Positions 1-12,330 are shown, counted from the first letter of the stretch. The stretch is DNA of 64,000 nt from Chiloscyllium plagiosum (GCF_004010195.1 NC_057711.1:70477018-70541017); one strand, 5' to 3'. Notes: generated by a model not told the origin, from the letters alone. Made by a program: numbers and translations.

Positions 1-197
1 GGCCTATCACCCTCACCTTAACCTCCTTCAACCTAACACTTTCCCAACTCCCCTCCCCCAAGTCCCTCCTCCCTACCTTTTATCTTAGCCTGCTTGGCAC
101 ACCTTCCTCATTCCTGAAGAAGGGCTTATGCCTGAAAAGTCGATTCTCCTGCTCCTTGGATGCTGCCTGACCTGCTGTGTTTTTCCATCAACACATT
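1..197 (+). mobile_element. Penelope-like element 3' end/pLTR (family A) with hammerhead-like motif
   Basis: C-rich tract then CTGAAGA(114-120)-A-GGGCTTATGCCT-GAAA-AGTC and the ggatgctgcctgacctgctgtg tail; similar to the terminus after GIY-YIG coding sequence at 9770-9900 and 28205-28298. Confidence 0.8.
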
Positions 198-339
198 TTT
201 CAGCTCCTTATCTTCTGTACTTGATATATGGAGCATTTGGACACACAGAACCATATTTGGCAGAGTTCAATAATAAACTTAATAATATCGCTCAGGTAAA
301 CCTCAATACACAACAAAAGCATTAATTTCAAGCCAACAG

Positions 340-700
340 TTAGGAAGATAAATGCATTGTTAGCAGTCATTTCAATAGGATGAGAATTCAAGAGAAGTGG
401 TGTACTGCTGAGATTGTATAAGGCTCTGGTCTTGCTGCATCTGGGATATTGTGAGCATTTTGGGGCTCATATCAAAGAAAGAATGTACTGGCCTTGGATT
501 GGGTGCTGAGGAGATTTAATGAATGATCCTGGAAATAAGGGCTTGTCATTCAAGGCGTGATTAAGAACTCTGGGTCTGCAGTTGATGCAGTTCAGAAGGA
601 TGAGGAAGATCTCACCAAAACTTACAGAAGACTGAGAGGATTGGATAGACTGATGTGAGTCGGATGTTTCCACAAGTCAGAGAGATTTGGACTCAAGGAC
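340..700 (+). mobile_element. Decayed CR1 LINE ORF2 3' fragment
   Basis: Degenerate LYKALV..HLGYCEHFWG segment homologous to the CR1 3' regions at 22020-22300 and 55360-55620. Confidence 0.7.
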
Positions 701-702
701 AG

Positions 703-942
703 CTTAACTGGGAGTTTTATTGGACTAGTATTATAGAAGGGAAGGTAAAACATAGGTTAGAGTAAGGACTTGTACATAGTTGTTAGTTAACTATTCTCTG
801 TTATACTTTAAGAAATAACATTGTTAATTTTTACTTTAAATAGTTCATGGCCACTCGAATTTTTACAGATTACTGCACGGGATCAATCTTTTCTGTGTTG
901 CTGGTTTTAAATTAAGCAGGAGAGTTTACCCTGTGTCGCAAC
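703..942 (+). mobile_element. Probable 3' part of an LTR
   Basis: Ends ...ccctgtgtcgcaACA, polyA-signal-like aaataa near 815, abrupt junction with Gypsy coding relic. Confidence 0.35.
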
Positions 943-2165
943 AACATATTGTCGCCATAGATAATACCTAGGTGGACATAGGATACAACCAGATCTGGTC
1001 CTTATGCAATTATCATGATTTGATTGTATAGCTTCACTCCGTACAATCTGTGTATACAGATGAATGTTATCATTTGTCATAGACAGATGGTTATTGTCTG
1101 ACATTATATCTGTACCTAAGTCACCATCTTTCTGATGGGTGATTGACAACCTACAGTTCAGATGTGTCATCTATCCCTTCACAGGTCTTAGCGATCATCC
1201 ATCATCTTGTCATGTAATGGAGGATGGACACAATGATGTTTCTATCTATGAACCCATCTGTTTGTGCAAACATCTCAAACTTGTACACTTTGTCCCAATT
1301 GAGATAAGTGTCTGCATGTTTGTCAATCATGCTGGTAGTGTTTTCTCTCTTTTCCAACAGTGCACATGTGGCTGGGTGATGAGAGTGTGGAAGGGAAGAA
1401 CTGTGTGGATCAGTCTTACAAGTATGAGTGCTGCCAATAAGGATAACACCTTACCTTGAGGAGTAGTACATTGATTTAACATAGCTATCCAAAAATCTTG
1501 AAACATAATTTGAGCCTCACCAACCCTCTGCATTAAGAATACCACAAATCTGCTATTCTTTAGGAGAGGAAATGCCTCCTCACCTTAGTCTTAATGGGCA
1601 ATCCCTTTATCTAAGATTGTCCTCTGGTACTAAAGTACTAAAGGGGAGACAACCTCTCAACGTCTATCCTACCAACCACCACCTCCCCCCCTCCCCGCAA
1701 GAATCTTATGTGTTTCAACAAGGTCTCTCATTTTTCTAAACTCCAATGAGAACAAGCCCAACCTACCCAATGTTGCCTCATAAGAACTGTTTGATGCCGA
1801 CAGGCCAACCACTGATGATGATATTTTTGAACTGTTACAGCTGATCATCTGATGTAGTTTGCTGAATCTAGACTGCCTGGCTGTGGTCAAAATGTATGCA
1901 ATCGATATTAATGTCTGGAATCCTTGGTGTTGAAATTGACAGATTTGTTACCGTATGGATCACAGAATATGTACCTGCAAATCAATGACAGAAGGTCCAT
2001 CTGTTTCAATGGGGTTAAAAGTTTCAGGCACCTATCCCATGGATCCATATTGACAGTCAAGATGGATAATACCAATGGATGGTATGTCAGACTCATTATG
2101 AGTTGCTGGCTTATCCCATGTAAATTGCACAATGCTGTACCAGCTTCCTGAGTACATCTCAAGCA
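943..2165 (-). mobile_element. Internally deleted Ty3/Gypsy pol relic
   Basis: Minus-strand translation gives protease-region ATHNESDIPSIGIIHLDCQYG..ETDGPSVI (~1985-2110), SDDQL*QFKNIIISGWP (~1800-1855) and pol C-terminal-like IRTRSGCILCPPRYY (~960-1005). Confidence 0.6.
1555..1795 (-). mobile_element. CR1 3' fragment inserted in the Gypsy relic
   Basis: Similar to minus-strand CR1 tails at 29200-29365 and 47730-47830. Confidence 0.6.
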
Positions 2166-2804
2166 AGATGTGCAAAGGGATGGTGCTTGTCTTTCTTTTC
2201 TTGTTGTGGGTTTTGAAGTTAAAACATGTTTACAACTTTAAAAGTTGGCTTATCTCTTTCTTGCAGTATCTTTCAAAGTTGCCATAGCAAGCTTTTGGCT
2301 GTAGGTGGTATTCACAACAAAATAAAGTGATGACACTATGCCAACGTTTACTTATTTTCATTTCAATTCAGTAAAACGTAATTAACTGAAATCTGAACAC
2401 AGCTGAGGCTTAATTAATGATCAAAGTGTTTTTGAAGCCATTTTTAACGTACTCTGTTCTAGGATTGTTTTCTTATATCGATCCTGTCCTGCAGCAATTT
2501 TAACTGCTGTTTGTTGTTAAACAGAACTGTCTTGGATCTCTTGTAAACTACTTTTCAAATGAAAGAGAAAGGGAGAGATAGAGTACATGCTGTGGTTCAG
2601 TACAGGTTTGTGACCTTTAGTTCTGGTTGTGGCTCACTAGTTTTGGTTGTAACTTCAGCTCTGAATTCGGTCAGATTGATTGATGACTGTTTGGAAAATG
2701 ATTTTTCACAACTGCCATACTGATATCACTTTTTCCACTCATTAGCATTGACTTACTGCCATTTTGATATGCTTGTAGTTTTCTATATGCTAGCCTCCAT
2801 AATA

Positions 2805-3478
2805 TATACCACAAACGTCTGCCAATTTCTCACCAACAAACCCAAACGAGCAGACAAAAGGCATCCAAAACCCCTCACCACTCTCCCCTGCATCAAAGGC
2901 ATCTCAGAAATGACTGTCAGACTACTCAGACAACTTGGCATCATGGTAGCCCACAAACGCACCAATATACTAAAACAATAGTTAATGAACTTAAAAGACC
3001 CGATATAGACAACAAGCAAAATGAATATCATTTACAAAATACCTTGCAAGAACTGTAACAAACACTACATTGGACAAACAGGCAGAAAACTAGCCACCAG
3101 GATGCATGAACATCAACTAGCTACAAAAAGACATGACTCATTATCACTAGTATCCTTACATAAAGCTGAGGAAGGACACCACTTCGACTGGGACAACACA
3201 TCCATCCTAGGACAAGCCAACAGAGACATTCACGAGAATTCCTAGAAGCATGGCATTCCAATACATTGATTTGGACCACACCTATCACCCTCTGAGGAAA
3301 AGAACATGAAATGGCATCACCAACATAGGAAATTACATTACCAACCCAAGGAAACCTAAACACATAAATAGAAAGTGGGACATAAGAAAACACTTCATCA
3401 GAGGCTCACTAATGATATTACCTAGTATGGTGACGAATCGTCTGAAAATGAACCTTGCAGCTCAGTGAGCAAACTTAT
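2805..3478 (+). mobile_element. Penelope-like element (family B): RT C-terminus, GIY-YIG endonuclease and pLTR; disrupted
   Basis: LPCIKGISEMTVRLLRQLGIMVAHK then NIIYKIPCKNCNKHYIGQTGRKLATRMHEH (ORF 3021-3245); decayed hammerhead tca-CTaATGA-t-attacc/ggtgac-GAAt-CGTC-tga at 3406-3445. Confidence 0.9.
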
Positions 3479-3519
3479 ATCTGGCTCAAACTCAGAAAAA
3501 CTGAGTTTGAGCCAGATAT
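3477..3519. repeat. Perfect 19-bp inverted repeat with A5 loop
   Basis: atatctggctcaaactcag (3477-3495) / aaaaa / ctgagtttgagccagatat (3501-3519). Confidence 0.95.
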
Positions 3520-3635
3520 CTTAACATTTATTTGTAATACTAAGTATTTATATGGCTATGATACCACAAATTTACAAACATAGTCTGAATTTTGTGCTTA
3601 CTGATGTCACTGCACATTACATGCACATAACTGAC

Positions 3636-3826
3636 TGTGTTAGGTATGTGGTTGTGTGGTGTTGCCCCTTTAAGAGAGCGGGTCGGGTGACCTGGTGCCA
3701 GGCGCTAAAGGATACTGTGTAAGACTGATTGCAGAGCTGAGAGAACATATAATAAAGTTTTCCCTATTCTAATTAATCCTCCATCTTCCAATGTTCTAAT
3801 GCTCATTCTCGTGAACCACAGACACA
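3636..3826 (+). mobile_element. Possible short solo LTR
   Basis: TG...CA ends, cccctttaag motif and AATAAA at 3751; no TSD seen. Confidence 0.3.
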
Positions 3827-6248
3827 ATAGAAGGTGAGATGGGTGCATTTATTCAGGCAAGTCATGATGCCAGGTACCTGCCTTAAAAGGGACAGTGCCT
3901 GTGTGTTCAAGAATCTGTGCCATTTTATAACAGGCAATGTGAAATTTCAGCGTTGTCTACTTCCACAGAAACAGACACAGTTCACAAATTATGAACATTT
4001 TTTATTGCGCTAAAAAATGTCAAGAGCAATTTCAATCCCAAGAAATTACATGACAATGCATATTTTCCTACAATTCTTCCTTGACGAAGTAACTAATGTT
4101 TACTGTATAAAGTAGCAATAGCCTGCTTAGTGGATGTCAGCCTGAATAGTGAGCAAGAGCAAATTGGTTAACCACCAGGGAAACACAGTTGAATCAAATC
4201 CTACCTTTATTCCATATTCACATTGGTTAACAACAAGGAATGGAAAAACCACAGCACTGCAGTTTGCAATAGCACTGATTTTACCTTAGCAATGGTGTTA
4301 TCTAAACCATTTTCCTGCACTTTAAGCTTGAAAATAAAGAATAACTGGAAACTTAAGATACCTCATTGTCTGCTAAAAGTGCTTCAAGACAAGAGTATTG
4401 CTTGTTGATGGGCAGCTCATGAAGTACAAGAAAGCGGCAAAGTATGTAATTGTCATCATAGAGCCTAATAAAGGCTCTTCTTTTAAAGACAAAATAAAGG
4501 AAATGTTGTTTTTCAAGAAAGAACTTTCTGGTTGAAATACCACACAACCGCATGATGTAATAATTTGTTACTCTTAACGTCATCATCTCTCTGGATTATC
4601 ACCCATGCATTTAGGATCTTAGATTCCCACCAACATCATCAAGGGATTGAGGTAAATACTGTATTGTTCTTTTTGTCAAGTTAACTTCTAAGTTTTTTCG
4701 CAAACCTCAGGCCATCAAACGAAAAAAAATTGAACATAATAGCTATGCACATTGGTGAAATTATGCATTGAAAATGTCTTGAGCATATGCATAAATGACT
4801 TAGCTCATGCCTTGCTTTTCAGTGCATGGAAGCTTATTTATTGCCTCATAAACCTGGAACGTCTGGTGTGCACATAATTTAATATCCACTTTCATCCTGT
4901 ATATCGGTGTATAATATTTTAAAAAATATTTAAATATTACTTCAAAATTAATATAATGGAAGAATTCTTATTAATTCTTGGTTAAATGGGAAAGTATGAC
5001 TTTCACAAATTCAAATGATTGCTTTTCCAAATGTATTCAAAATTCCCCATATATACTAAAATGAAATTGGATTATTTATTTGAATAAGGTGGCCCAGCAG
5101 TCAGGAGTCTGAAGCCGACTTGATGTTAGGTTGTTGTAAAGCATGAGATATAAATCTGAATAAATGTAAGGACAGATTGGAAATCCTTGCATCCAGCTAC
5201 AAACAGCAGCAAGTGAGATGGCACATGGAAGTCAAAAGCCTGGAAGCCATCAGCAAAAGGAGGAAGAACCTCTTCACCATTGGTGCCAGCAGGGGACCTT
5301 TCTATTCAGCATCAACTCCTTTGCCTGCAATCCCTGTCCTCTTTTAGCTGCTTCTCCAGTGACTCTCCAGTGAGCCATCCCTTTTCGGGCTTTCACTATT
5401 GGTGGGCATCTTTTTTAGATGTAGACAAATGCCTAATCCACAAATATTAATCTATGCAAAATATTGGTCCTTTATGCTGCTAACTTGTCAGCCATCAGTG
5501 AAATAATAAACTAATCTCACAAATTTACATGAATCTCAGACACTGATCTCTTCTTTATAATCAGAAGCGAGTTAATGCTGAATTACAGTGACAAAGCAGA
5601 AATTCCTTCCACAATCCAGTACCTATTTTGTCAATTGCCTTGCCTGACTCATAACTTGGGTCTTCAGTGTGGCACTTCTGGTTCCTGTCAATTATGTAGG
5701 TGAGCTCCCTTCTTGTGCAGCAAATCCTGTTAGAAGCCTGCCCTGATATTTTGCATGGAGTTCAGTTGCAAAGCAAGACAACTAAACATTTGAAAATCAT
5801 TAATCATAATCTTCCAATTCTGATCAAAGATCATAGACCTGAAATATTACTTGTGTTCCTGTCTCCATAATTGTTTCTTAGGAGAAACTGCGTTTATCAG
5901 AACAGAGTCTCATCCTTCCGAGTCAAAATTGTTGGTTTAATATCCATTCCCGAATGCAAGACCAATGACAGAATGTAAACTAGTGACTCAGTGTAGCAGT
6001 GAGAAGTGTAGTTTGTGAAAGATAATTTCATTGTTTATGTTAAAGTTATTATTGCTGTGTGCTCTCTGGTTAACAGTCATGTGTGTACCTCGTCTTTATT
6101 GAACTGCCAGGGAGGTGTTCATCTGCACATTACTACACCAGATCAGGAAGGACATGATTGCATCTTAATCCAAACATCCCTCTTTTCATTACAAAATAAT
6201 TTGCATGTATTCTAATTTGTAGCTGTGCACTGCCAAATTTACATATTA

Positions 6249-6380
6249 GGAGAAAGTGAGGACTGCAGATGCTAGAGAGTAAGAGTCAAAAAGTATGGTG
6301 CTAGAAAAGCACAGCAGGTCAGGCATCATTTGAGGAACAGGAGAATAGACGCTTTGGGCATAAGACCATCATCAGGGATG
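6249..6380 (-). mobile_element. Solo PLE pLTR (family A) inserted in the Gypsy LTR
   Basis: Reverse complement of the pLTR; TSD catatta at 6242-6248 and 6381-6387. Confidence 0.85.
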
Positions 6381-6609
6381 CATATTATACAAACAACATT
6401 TCTCCCTTTATTTAGATGGAACACACTCATGATCTTTAAAGTGTTTGGGTCTTGTGATGGTTTTCCTGCAAATTGTCAACTAGTTGGAATTCTCTCCGTT
6501 TAGTTTTAAAATCTTCTCAGCTGATTCTGCTGATTTGTGCTGTTGCCTTAACATCTCTTTAGTTTCATTAACTGTGTCCAAATTTTCCTTTGATATCTGG
6601 ATGGCATAA

Positions 6610-6935
6610 CAGGCAACATGGTGGCTCAGTGGTTAGTACTGCTGCCTCACATCACCAGGGACCATTTCCACCCTCAGGCAATTTCTCCCTGTGTCTGCGT
6701 GGGTTTCCTCTGATACTCCAGTTTCCTCCCACAGTCCAAAGATGTATAGATTAGGTGGATTGGCTGTGCTAAATTGCCCATAATATCCAGGGATGTGCAG
6801 GCTAGGTGGATTAGCCATGGGAAATGCAGAGTTATAGGGATGAGGTCAGGGATTTTAAGTGGGATGCTCTTTCGAGAGTTGGCATGTTTATTTAATGGGC
6901 CAAATGGCCAGCTTCGACACTATAGGGATTCTATC
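6610..6935 (+). mobile_element. HE1-type tRNA-derived V-SINE, diverged
   Basis: tggctcagtggttag A box, ggtttcctcccacagtccaaagat-like core, CR1-like tail. Confidence 0.85.
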
Positions 6936-8414
6936 TCTTTAGTATTCATGCTCGATTTATCAGAGTTGTTATCTGCCATCTCTTTAATAATTGCCTCTAT
7001 AGTCTATAAACTTGTTTGTCTTCTTCCTTGCTAAACAGTTTTAGGTGAGACATTTTTTAACCACACTGGTCATCATTTCTTTTGTTTAATGTAATGACCT
7101 TCACAATATTTGCAAGTTGTCCTTCAGCCTTCACCTTTCTACTGGCTCTTCTATGGATACTTGTACTTTTCTCTGCATAATTGCAGTTGAATGATCTTAA
7201 CAACTTTTCAACATAGTGGACAAGTCTGAGCTGCTTATAAAAACAGTGTATAGCTCTGGGCTGTTTCTGTGGACAAACTTGTATGAACTTTCATGTATGC
7301 TGTCTAGCTTTTGATTTACAAGTTCAGAGTTTCCGAAGATCTCTGTAACTTCTTTGAGAATCAAATTCTCTTTTAACAATCACACTCCCATAGTAGGATC
7401 CTTATGTGCAAGGTAATTCTAACATTGATGAGGTCATCTTTCAGTTGCCTGAATTCACAAAATTCTGTGAGCCGTGTTAACTCAGTCACATGTCCATCAA
7501 TTGGCTCTTTTTCACCTTTAGTTTTAATATTGAGCACATATCGTTAATAAGTTGCACACACTTGGAGTCCAAAGTGTGCTCATAGACTTTCTCAGAGAGA
7601 TTTTCCAAAAGGGGAAAAAACAGTTTAACTGAAAGTTTGTCAATCAGTTATCAGGACCAGATTGCAATGGTTGGCCCTGGGTGACATCAGGAGATACCTG
7701 CTGATGGGAGCATTTGGAACTGGTAACATTCTCATTCACTATTACTGATTGAAAGTGGTTGTCGTTAGTAGCTGGGCAGTTGCTTCCATTGAGTCTGTGA
7801 GGAGATTGTGCTGGGGAACTGGGCTGATACCAAATGATTTTAACTTAATTGTTCCCCCAATATAATTTTCAGCTGTCCATGCGTGGCATGTGGTTAAATT
7901 ATGACAAAAGGAATAACTGTGCTCTGAATTATTTCCCTCATGTATGTGTTAATTGAAGGAAATGAAGGAGACATGTAAGTTTCAAACCTTTATTGATTAA
8001 AATAACTATCAAATGCGAATACAAATCATGATAATCATTTAGCCCACAGATTAATACAAAACATTATTTAATTCTGTGGCATGTAGCTTCTTGTTTAGAT
8101 TTTGGATTTTATTAGAAATATATGAGTTATTTTCTTTCCAGCTGCCTCATGGCCTCCTCCCCACTTATCGCTTTTGTGTGGAAGTAGTGCATGAAGCCTG
8201 CTGATGGAGGGAGAAAATAACTAGCCACTGAGTTACTGATCATGATAATTGCATACATAACTTACATAAGAGGCAGTGACATAGAAACAAAAGTCAGGCA
8301 GAGTACAGATTATAGTGAATGCCTTCCATAGCATATAACTAAACTGGTATAACCAGCCACTTTGCCATGCCCCCTACTGTTCATGAACTTCAGGCATGTG
8401 TGCCACAGACCTGA

Positions 8415-9900
8415 CACAGCTACACTGGCACCATCCCACACCTTTTCCTCCATTATATCGATGACTGTATTGGTGCTGTTTCGTGCTCCCTCAAGGTGCT
8501 TGAACAATTTATTCACCACACCAACCCCTTCCACCCCAACCTCAAATTCACCTGGTCCGTCTCCGACACCTCTCTCCCCTTCCTGGATCTCTCTGTCTCT
8601 GGCAACCGACTCCACACTGACATCTATTTAAAACCCGCCGACTCCCACAGCTACCTTAACTACACCTTGCCCCCACCGCCAACCCCCCCACCCCGCCCCT
8701 GTAATAACATGATCCATCCTCCCAATTCCTCTGTTTCCGCTGTACTTGCTCTCAGAATGAGTGATTCCACTCCAGGACATCCCAGGACCACAAGGACCAT
8801 ACTTCAAGGACCACAATTTTCTGCCCCCTGTGATCAACAGTTCACTCAACTGCGTCTCCTCCATTTCCTGCACCTCCTCAAACCCCATCCCCTTAACCCC
8901 AACAAGGATAGAGTCTCCCTGGTCCTCACATTCCACCCAACAATCTCCAAATACAGCACATCATCCTCCGCCACTTTTGCTACCTGCAGTCAGACCCCAC
9001 CACCGAAAGTATATTGCCCTTCCCACCCCTACCTGCGTTCTGTCGGGACTGTTCCCTCCGGGATTCTCTTGTTGGGTTCACTCTCCCCACTAAACCCCCC
9101 TCCACACCTAGCACCTTTTCCTGCCACTGTAAGAGGTGCAAAACCAGTGCCCACACCTCCCACCTCACATTGGTCCAAGGACCCAAAGGATCATTCCAAA
9201 TCTGGCAGAGCTTTACTTGTACATCCTCCAACCTCATTTACTGTATCCTGTGCTCTTGGTGTACTCTCCCTTACATCGAAGAGACCGAATGCAAACTTGT
9301 GGAGTGGTTCAGACAACATCTGTGTTCTGTACGCACCAACCAACCCCACCGCCATGTGGCCATCCACTTCAATGCTCCCTCCCAGTCCCCTGAAGACGTG
9401 TCCATTCTGGGCCTCCTCCACCGGCTGTGCTTTTCCAGTATCACACTTTCTGACTCCACTACTGCCTAAACAAGGCCACCCGCAAACTGGAGGAGGAACA
9501 CCTCATCTTCTGCCTTGGGAGCCTACAACCACATGGCATTCACCAGTTTCCAAATCTCCCCTTCACCCCATCCCATCCCAGATCCAACTCTCCGACTCAG
9601 ATCTACCCTCTTGACCAGTCCATCTTCCTTCCCACCTATCTGCTCCACACTTCCCACTGACCTATCACCATCACCTCCTACCTTCATCTACCTATCACCA
9701 TTCCACTTACCTTTCCTAGCCCCACCCCCTCTCCCCTATTTATTTCTCAGTCCCCTTCTCTCTCCCCAGTCCTGAAGAAGGGTTCTGCCCACAACATTAA
9801 CTCTCTTGCTCCTCGGATGCTGCCTGACCTACTTGTACTTTTTCGAGCGCCACACTTTATCAACTCTGACTCTCCAGCATCTGCAGTCCTCAGTTTCTCC
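8415..9900 (+). mobile_element. 5'-truncated Penelope-like element (RT + GIY-YIG + pLTR), frameshifted
   Basis: YIDDCIG RT motif (~8454-8474), FHPNLKFT..LPFLDL..DIYLKPADSHSYL thumb, NLIYCILCSWC..YIEET GIY-YIG, family A pLTR at 9770-9900. Confidence 0.9.
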
Positions 9901-10117
9901 TAGTTGCCACAGACTAACCCCACAGAGAGCATCTCAGATCCCAACAGCCAAGCTCTTCACAAATAGCAAATCTGTCCTCTGTCCATCTGTGGATTGAATT
10001 CCAGAATTGTTGCAGAATCTTAATTCTAATCAGCAACCAGAAAGAATCAAATGAGATTTAACCAATTTTGGCAAGCAAAGCAAAAGGGTATTCAAAAAAT
10101 TCCAGAACCTCACTTAT

Positions 10118-10398
10118 AGAATAGAATCATAGATTTCCTACAGTGCAGAAAGTGGCCATTCAGCACATCGAATCCACACTGACCCTCTGGAGAACATCCC
10201 ATCCAGATCCATCCCCCACCCTATTCCATATCCCTACATGGCGAATGAACCTAGCCTGCACATCCCTAGACACATGATGCAACTTAGCATGGCCGATCTA
10301 CCTAACCTGTACACCTTTGGACTGGGGGAGGAAACCAGAGCACCCAAAGGAAATCAGCATAGACACAGGGAGAATGTGCAAACTCCACAAACACAGTC
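10118..10398 (-). mobile_element. HE1-type V-SINE, 5'-truncated
   Basis: Reverse complement of the HE1 core and tail. Confidence 0.85.
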
Positions 10399-10896
10399 AG
10401 CAAAAATACTTTCAATATCTTCAGTTTATTTCTCCATAAATGACCAGTGATCAGAACCATATTCAGAACAGACTGAATTTCCTTTTTTCTATGGCTTTCT
10501 CCAGCAGCAACACTATATGCCTCACAGAGATTTACCTGCAGATCTGAAATCACTTCCTCTTCCTCCATGTAGCTGGTGTTGCAAACTTCAGTTCACATTA
10601 AGTGTCTTGGCTGAGTGCTATTCACATAGCCAATCAACACTTGGGTTTCTCTGTGCACTGGCCAGTTGAGACAAAAGCAGATGCAACACATTTGATTTCA
10701 AGCAATTGGGGTGAGTTCAGGAATGTGCACCAATCATGAAGCCAGCCAAGGGGTTTTCTGGAATTCCAGAAAGAAAATTCAATAAAACTGGTAAATGTGA
10801 CAAACTGGTCAGACTTCTCTTACAAACTTCAAGATCCAGTAGAACCAATATGTTCATTTTCAAGTTGCATTGGTTTTGCCCTTTGGGTTGGGTATA

Positions 10897-11005
10897 CCCA
10901 AAACATCGACTCTCCTGCTCCTTGGCTGCTGCCTGACCGGCTGTGCTTTTCCTGCATCAAACTTCATGACTCTGATATCCAACATCTGCAGTCCTCACTT
11001 TCTAC
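10897..11005 (+). mobile_element. PLE pLTR fragment (family A) starting inside the hammerhead
   Basis: cccaaaacatcgactctcctgctcc...catctgcagtcctcactttct. Confidence 0.8.
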
Positions 11006-11287
11006 AATTGAGTATTGAGCTGAGTATTGGAAAGAGGAATCTGTAGCCTGTGCATCTTTGTCTCACCAACAGCACTCAGGATCTGCAAGAAACTTTAAAA
11101 ATAATTCTTTAAATAAGCCCATGAATCGCTGAATTCAAGTTGTAGTCTCTTGCATTTAGACTGGCTATAACTAGCTTCCCTAAACAATAGAACTAGCAAT
11201 AAGCATTGGCTGGATGCACAGACAATTTCTACATCTTTCTTCATTACACTCAAGATGCAATAGAAATCTTTCAATTGAATATATTTT

Positions 11288-11607
11288 GAGATGAAATGAG
11301 ATTAGATCTCCAACAGTGTGGAAACAGGCCCTTCGGCCTAACAAGTCCACACCAACCCTTTGAAGAGCAACCCAGACCCATCTCCCTCTGACTAATGCAC
11401 CTAACACGATGGGCAATTTAGCATAGCTAATCCACTTGACCTGCACATCTTTGGACTGTGGGAGGAAACCGGAGCACCCAGAGGAAACCCACGCAGACAC
11501 AGGGAGAATGTGCAAACTCCACACAGACAGTCACCCGAGGCTGGGACTGAAAGTGGGTCTCTGGTATGTGAGGCTGCAGTGCTAACCGCTGAGCCACCGT
11601 GCCGCCC
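11288..11607 (-). mobile_element. Full-length HE1-type V-SINE
   Basis: Reverse complement closely matches 11692-12009 and 59173-59488. Confidence 0.9.
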
Positions 11608-11691
11608 CCTAAACAACTGTGCCGTCCCCATTCTTTTTCATTTTTTCTTTTCATTTTTCATTTCTGCCCCACTCTCCCCCCCACTCTCTGT

Positions 11692-12009
11692 GGGCGGCAC
11701 GGTGGCACAGTGGTTAGCACTGCTGCCTCACAGCGCCAGAGACCTGGGTTCAATTCCCGCCTCAGGCGACTGACTGTGTGGAGTTTGCACGTTCTCCCCG
11801 TGTCTGCGTGGGTTTCCTCCGGGTGCTCCGGTTTCCTCCCACAGTCCAAAGATGTGCAGGTCAGGTGAATTGGCCATGTTAAATTGCCCGTAGTGTTAGG
11901 TAAGGGGTACATGTAGGGGTATGGGTGGGTTGCGCTTCGGCGGGGTGGTGTGGACTTGTTGGGCCGAAGGGCCTGTTTCCACATTGTAAGTAATCTAATC
12001 TAATCTAAT
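11692..12009 (+). mobile_element. Full-length young HE1-type V-SINE
   Basis: Pol III A box TGGCACAGTGG 11703-11713, B box GGTTCAATTCC 11747-11757, many CpGs retained, ggccgaagggcc tail hairpin, (ctaat)n end. Confidence 0.92.
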
Positions 12010-12176
12010 ACCTCACCCTGGTTCTGGGTTCATTTTCATTAGTTCTCATGGCTACTACACCTTACTTTAGCCTTTCCCTTCATTTTGTGTGATATTGACT
12101 TTATGCCACCTCCTCCCCCGCCACATCTCTGCTTAATCGCCAGGTTCTGATGGCCCCGCTCTGGTTCCTCTTATAG

Positions 12177-12250
12177 TGTGAGTGAGTGAATGAGTGCAGG
12201 TTGAGTGAGCGAGCAAGTGTGAGTGATCGAGTGAATATGGGTGAATGAAT
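12177..12250. repeat. Degenerate (GTGA)n microsatellite
   Basis: gtgagtgagtgaatgagtg... tract. Confidence 0.8.
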
Positions 12251-12330
12251 GGGTGGGGGTTAATGACTGACAGGAAGTGTGAACCTTGTAGTCAGTTCCA
12301 AGATTATATCTACCTGTTGAGAAATCACAA

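Larger units (their letters stand above)
6032..7610 (-). mobile_element. Collapsed Ty3/Gypsy element: gag relic, pol tail, polypurine tract and 3' LTR (6032-6399)
   Basis: Minus-strand EPIDGHVTELTRLTEFCEFRQLKDDLI (gag), TCKYCEGH knuckle-like relic, RPKHFKDHECV pol end, then AAAGGGAGAAA directly before TGTTG; LTR contains AATAAA and ends ACA. Confidence 0.7.

Noticed and set aside
3477..3519. Intrinsic (rho-independent) terminator
   Set aside because: Vertebrate context, no upstream gene and no U tract; kept only as a junction hairpin.
4375..4651. Short open frame (LLVDGQLMKYKK...) and 37-bp AG..GT segment 4615-4651
   Set aside because: Weak acceptors, unrecognised peptides, no partner exons.
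8496..9614. 372-aa ORF as an intact gene
   Set aside because: Only the first ~55 aa are in the PLE RT frame; the rest is an off-frame read of C-rich sequence, with GIY-YIG in another frame.
11692..11770. tRNA gene
   Set aside because: The A/B boxes belong to the tRNA-derived SINE head, which continues into SINE core and tail; same at 6610, 48600 and 59173.
11180..11984. Cluster of overlapping ORFs (WSLHILPVSAWVSSG...)
   Set aside because: Translations of HE1 SINE sequence, repeated at 59129-59478.
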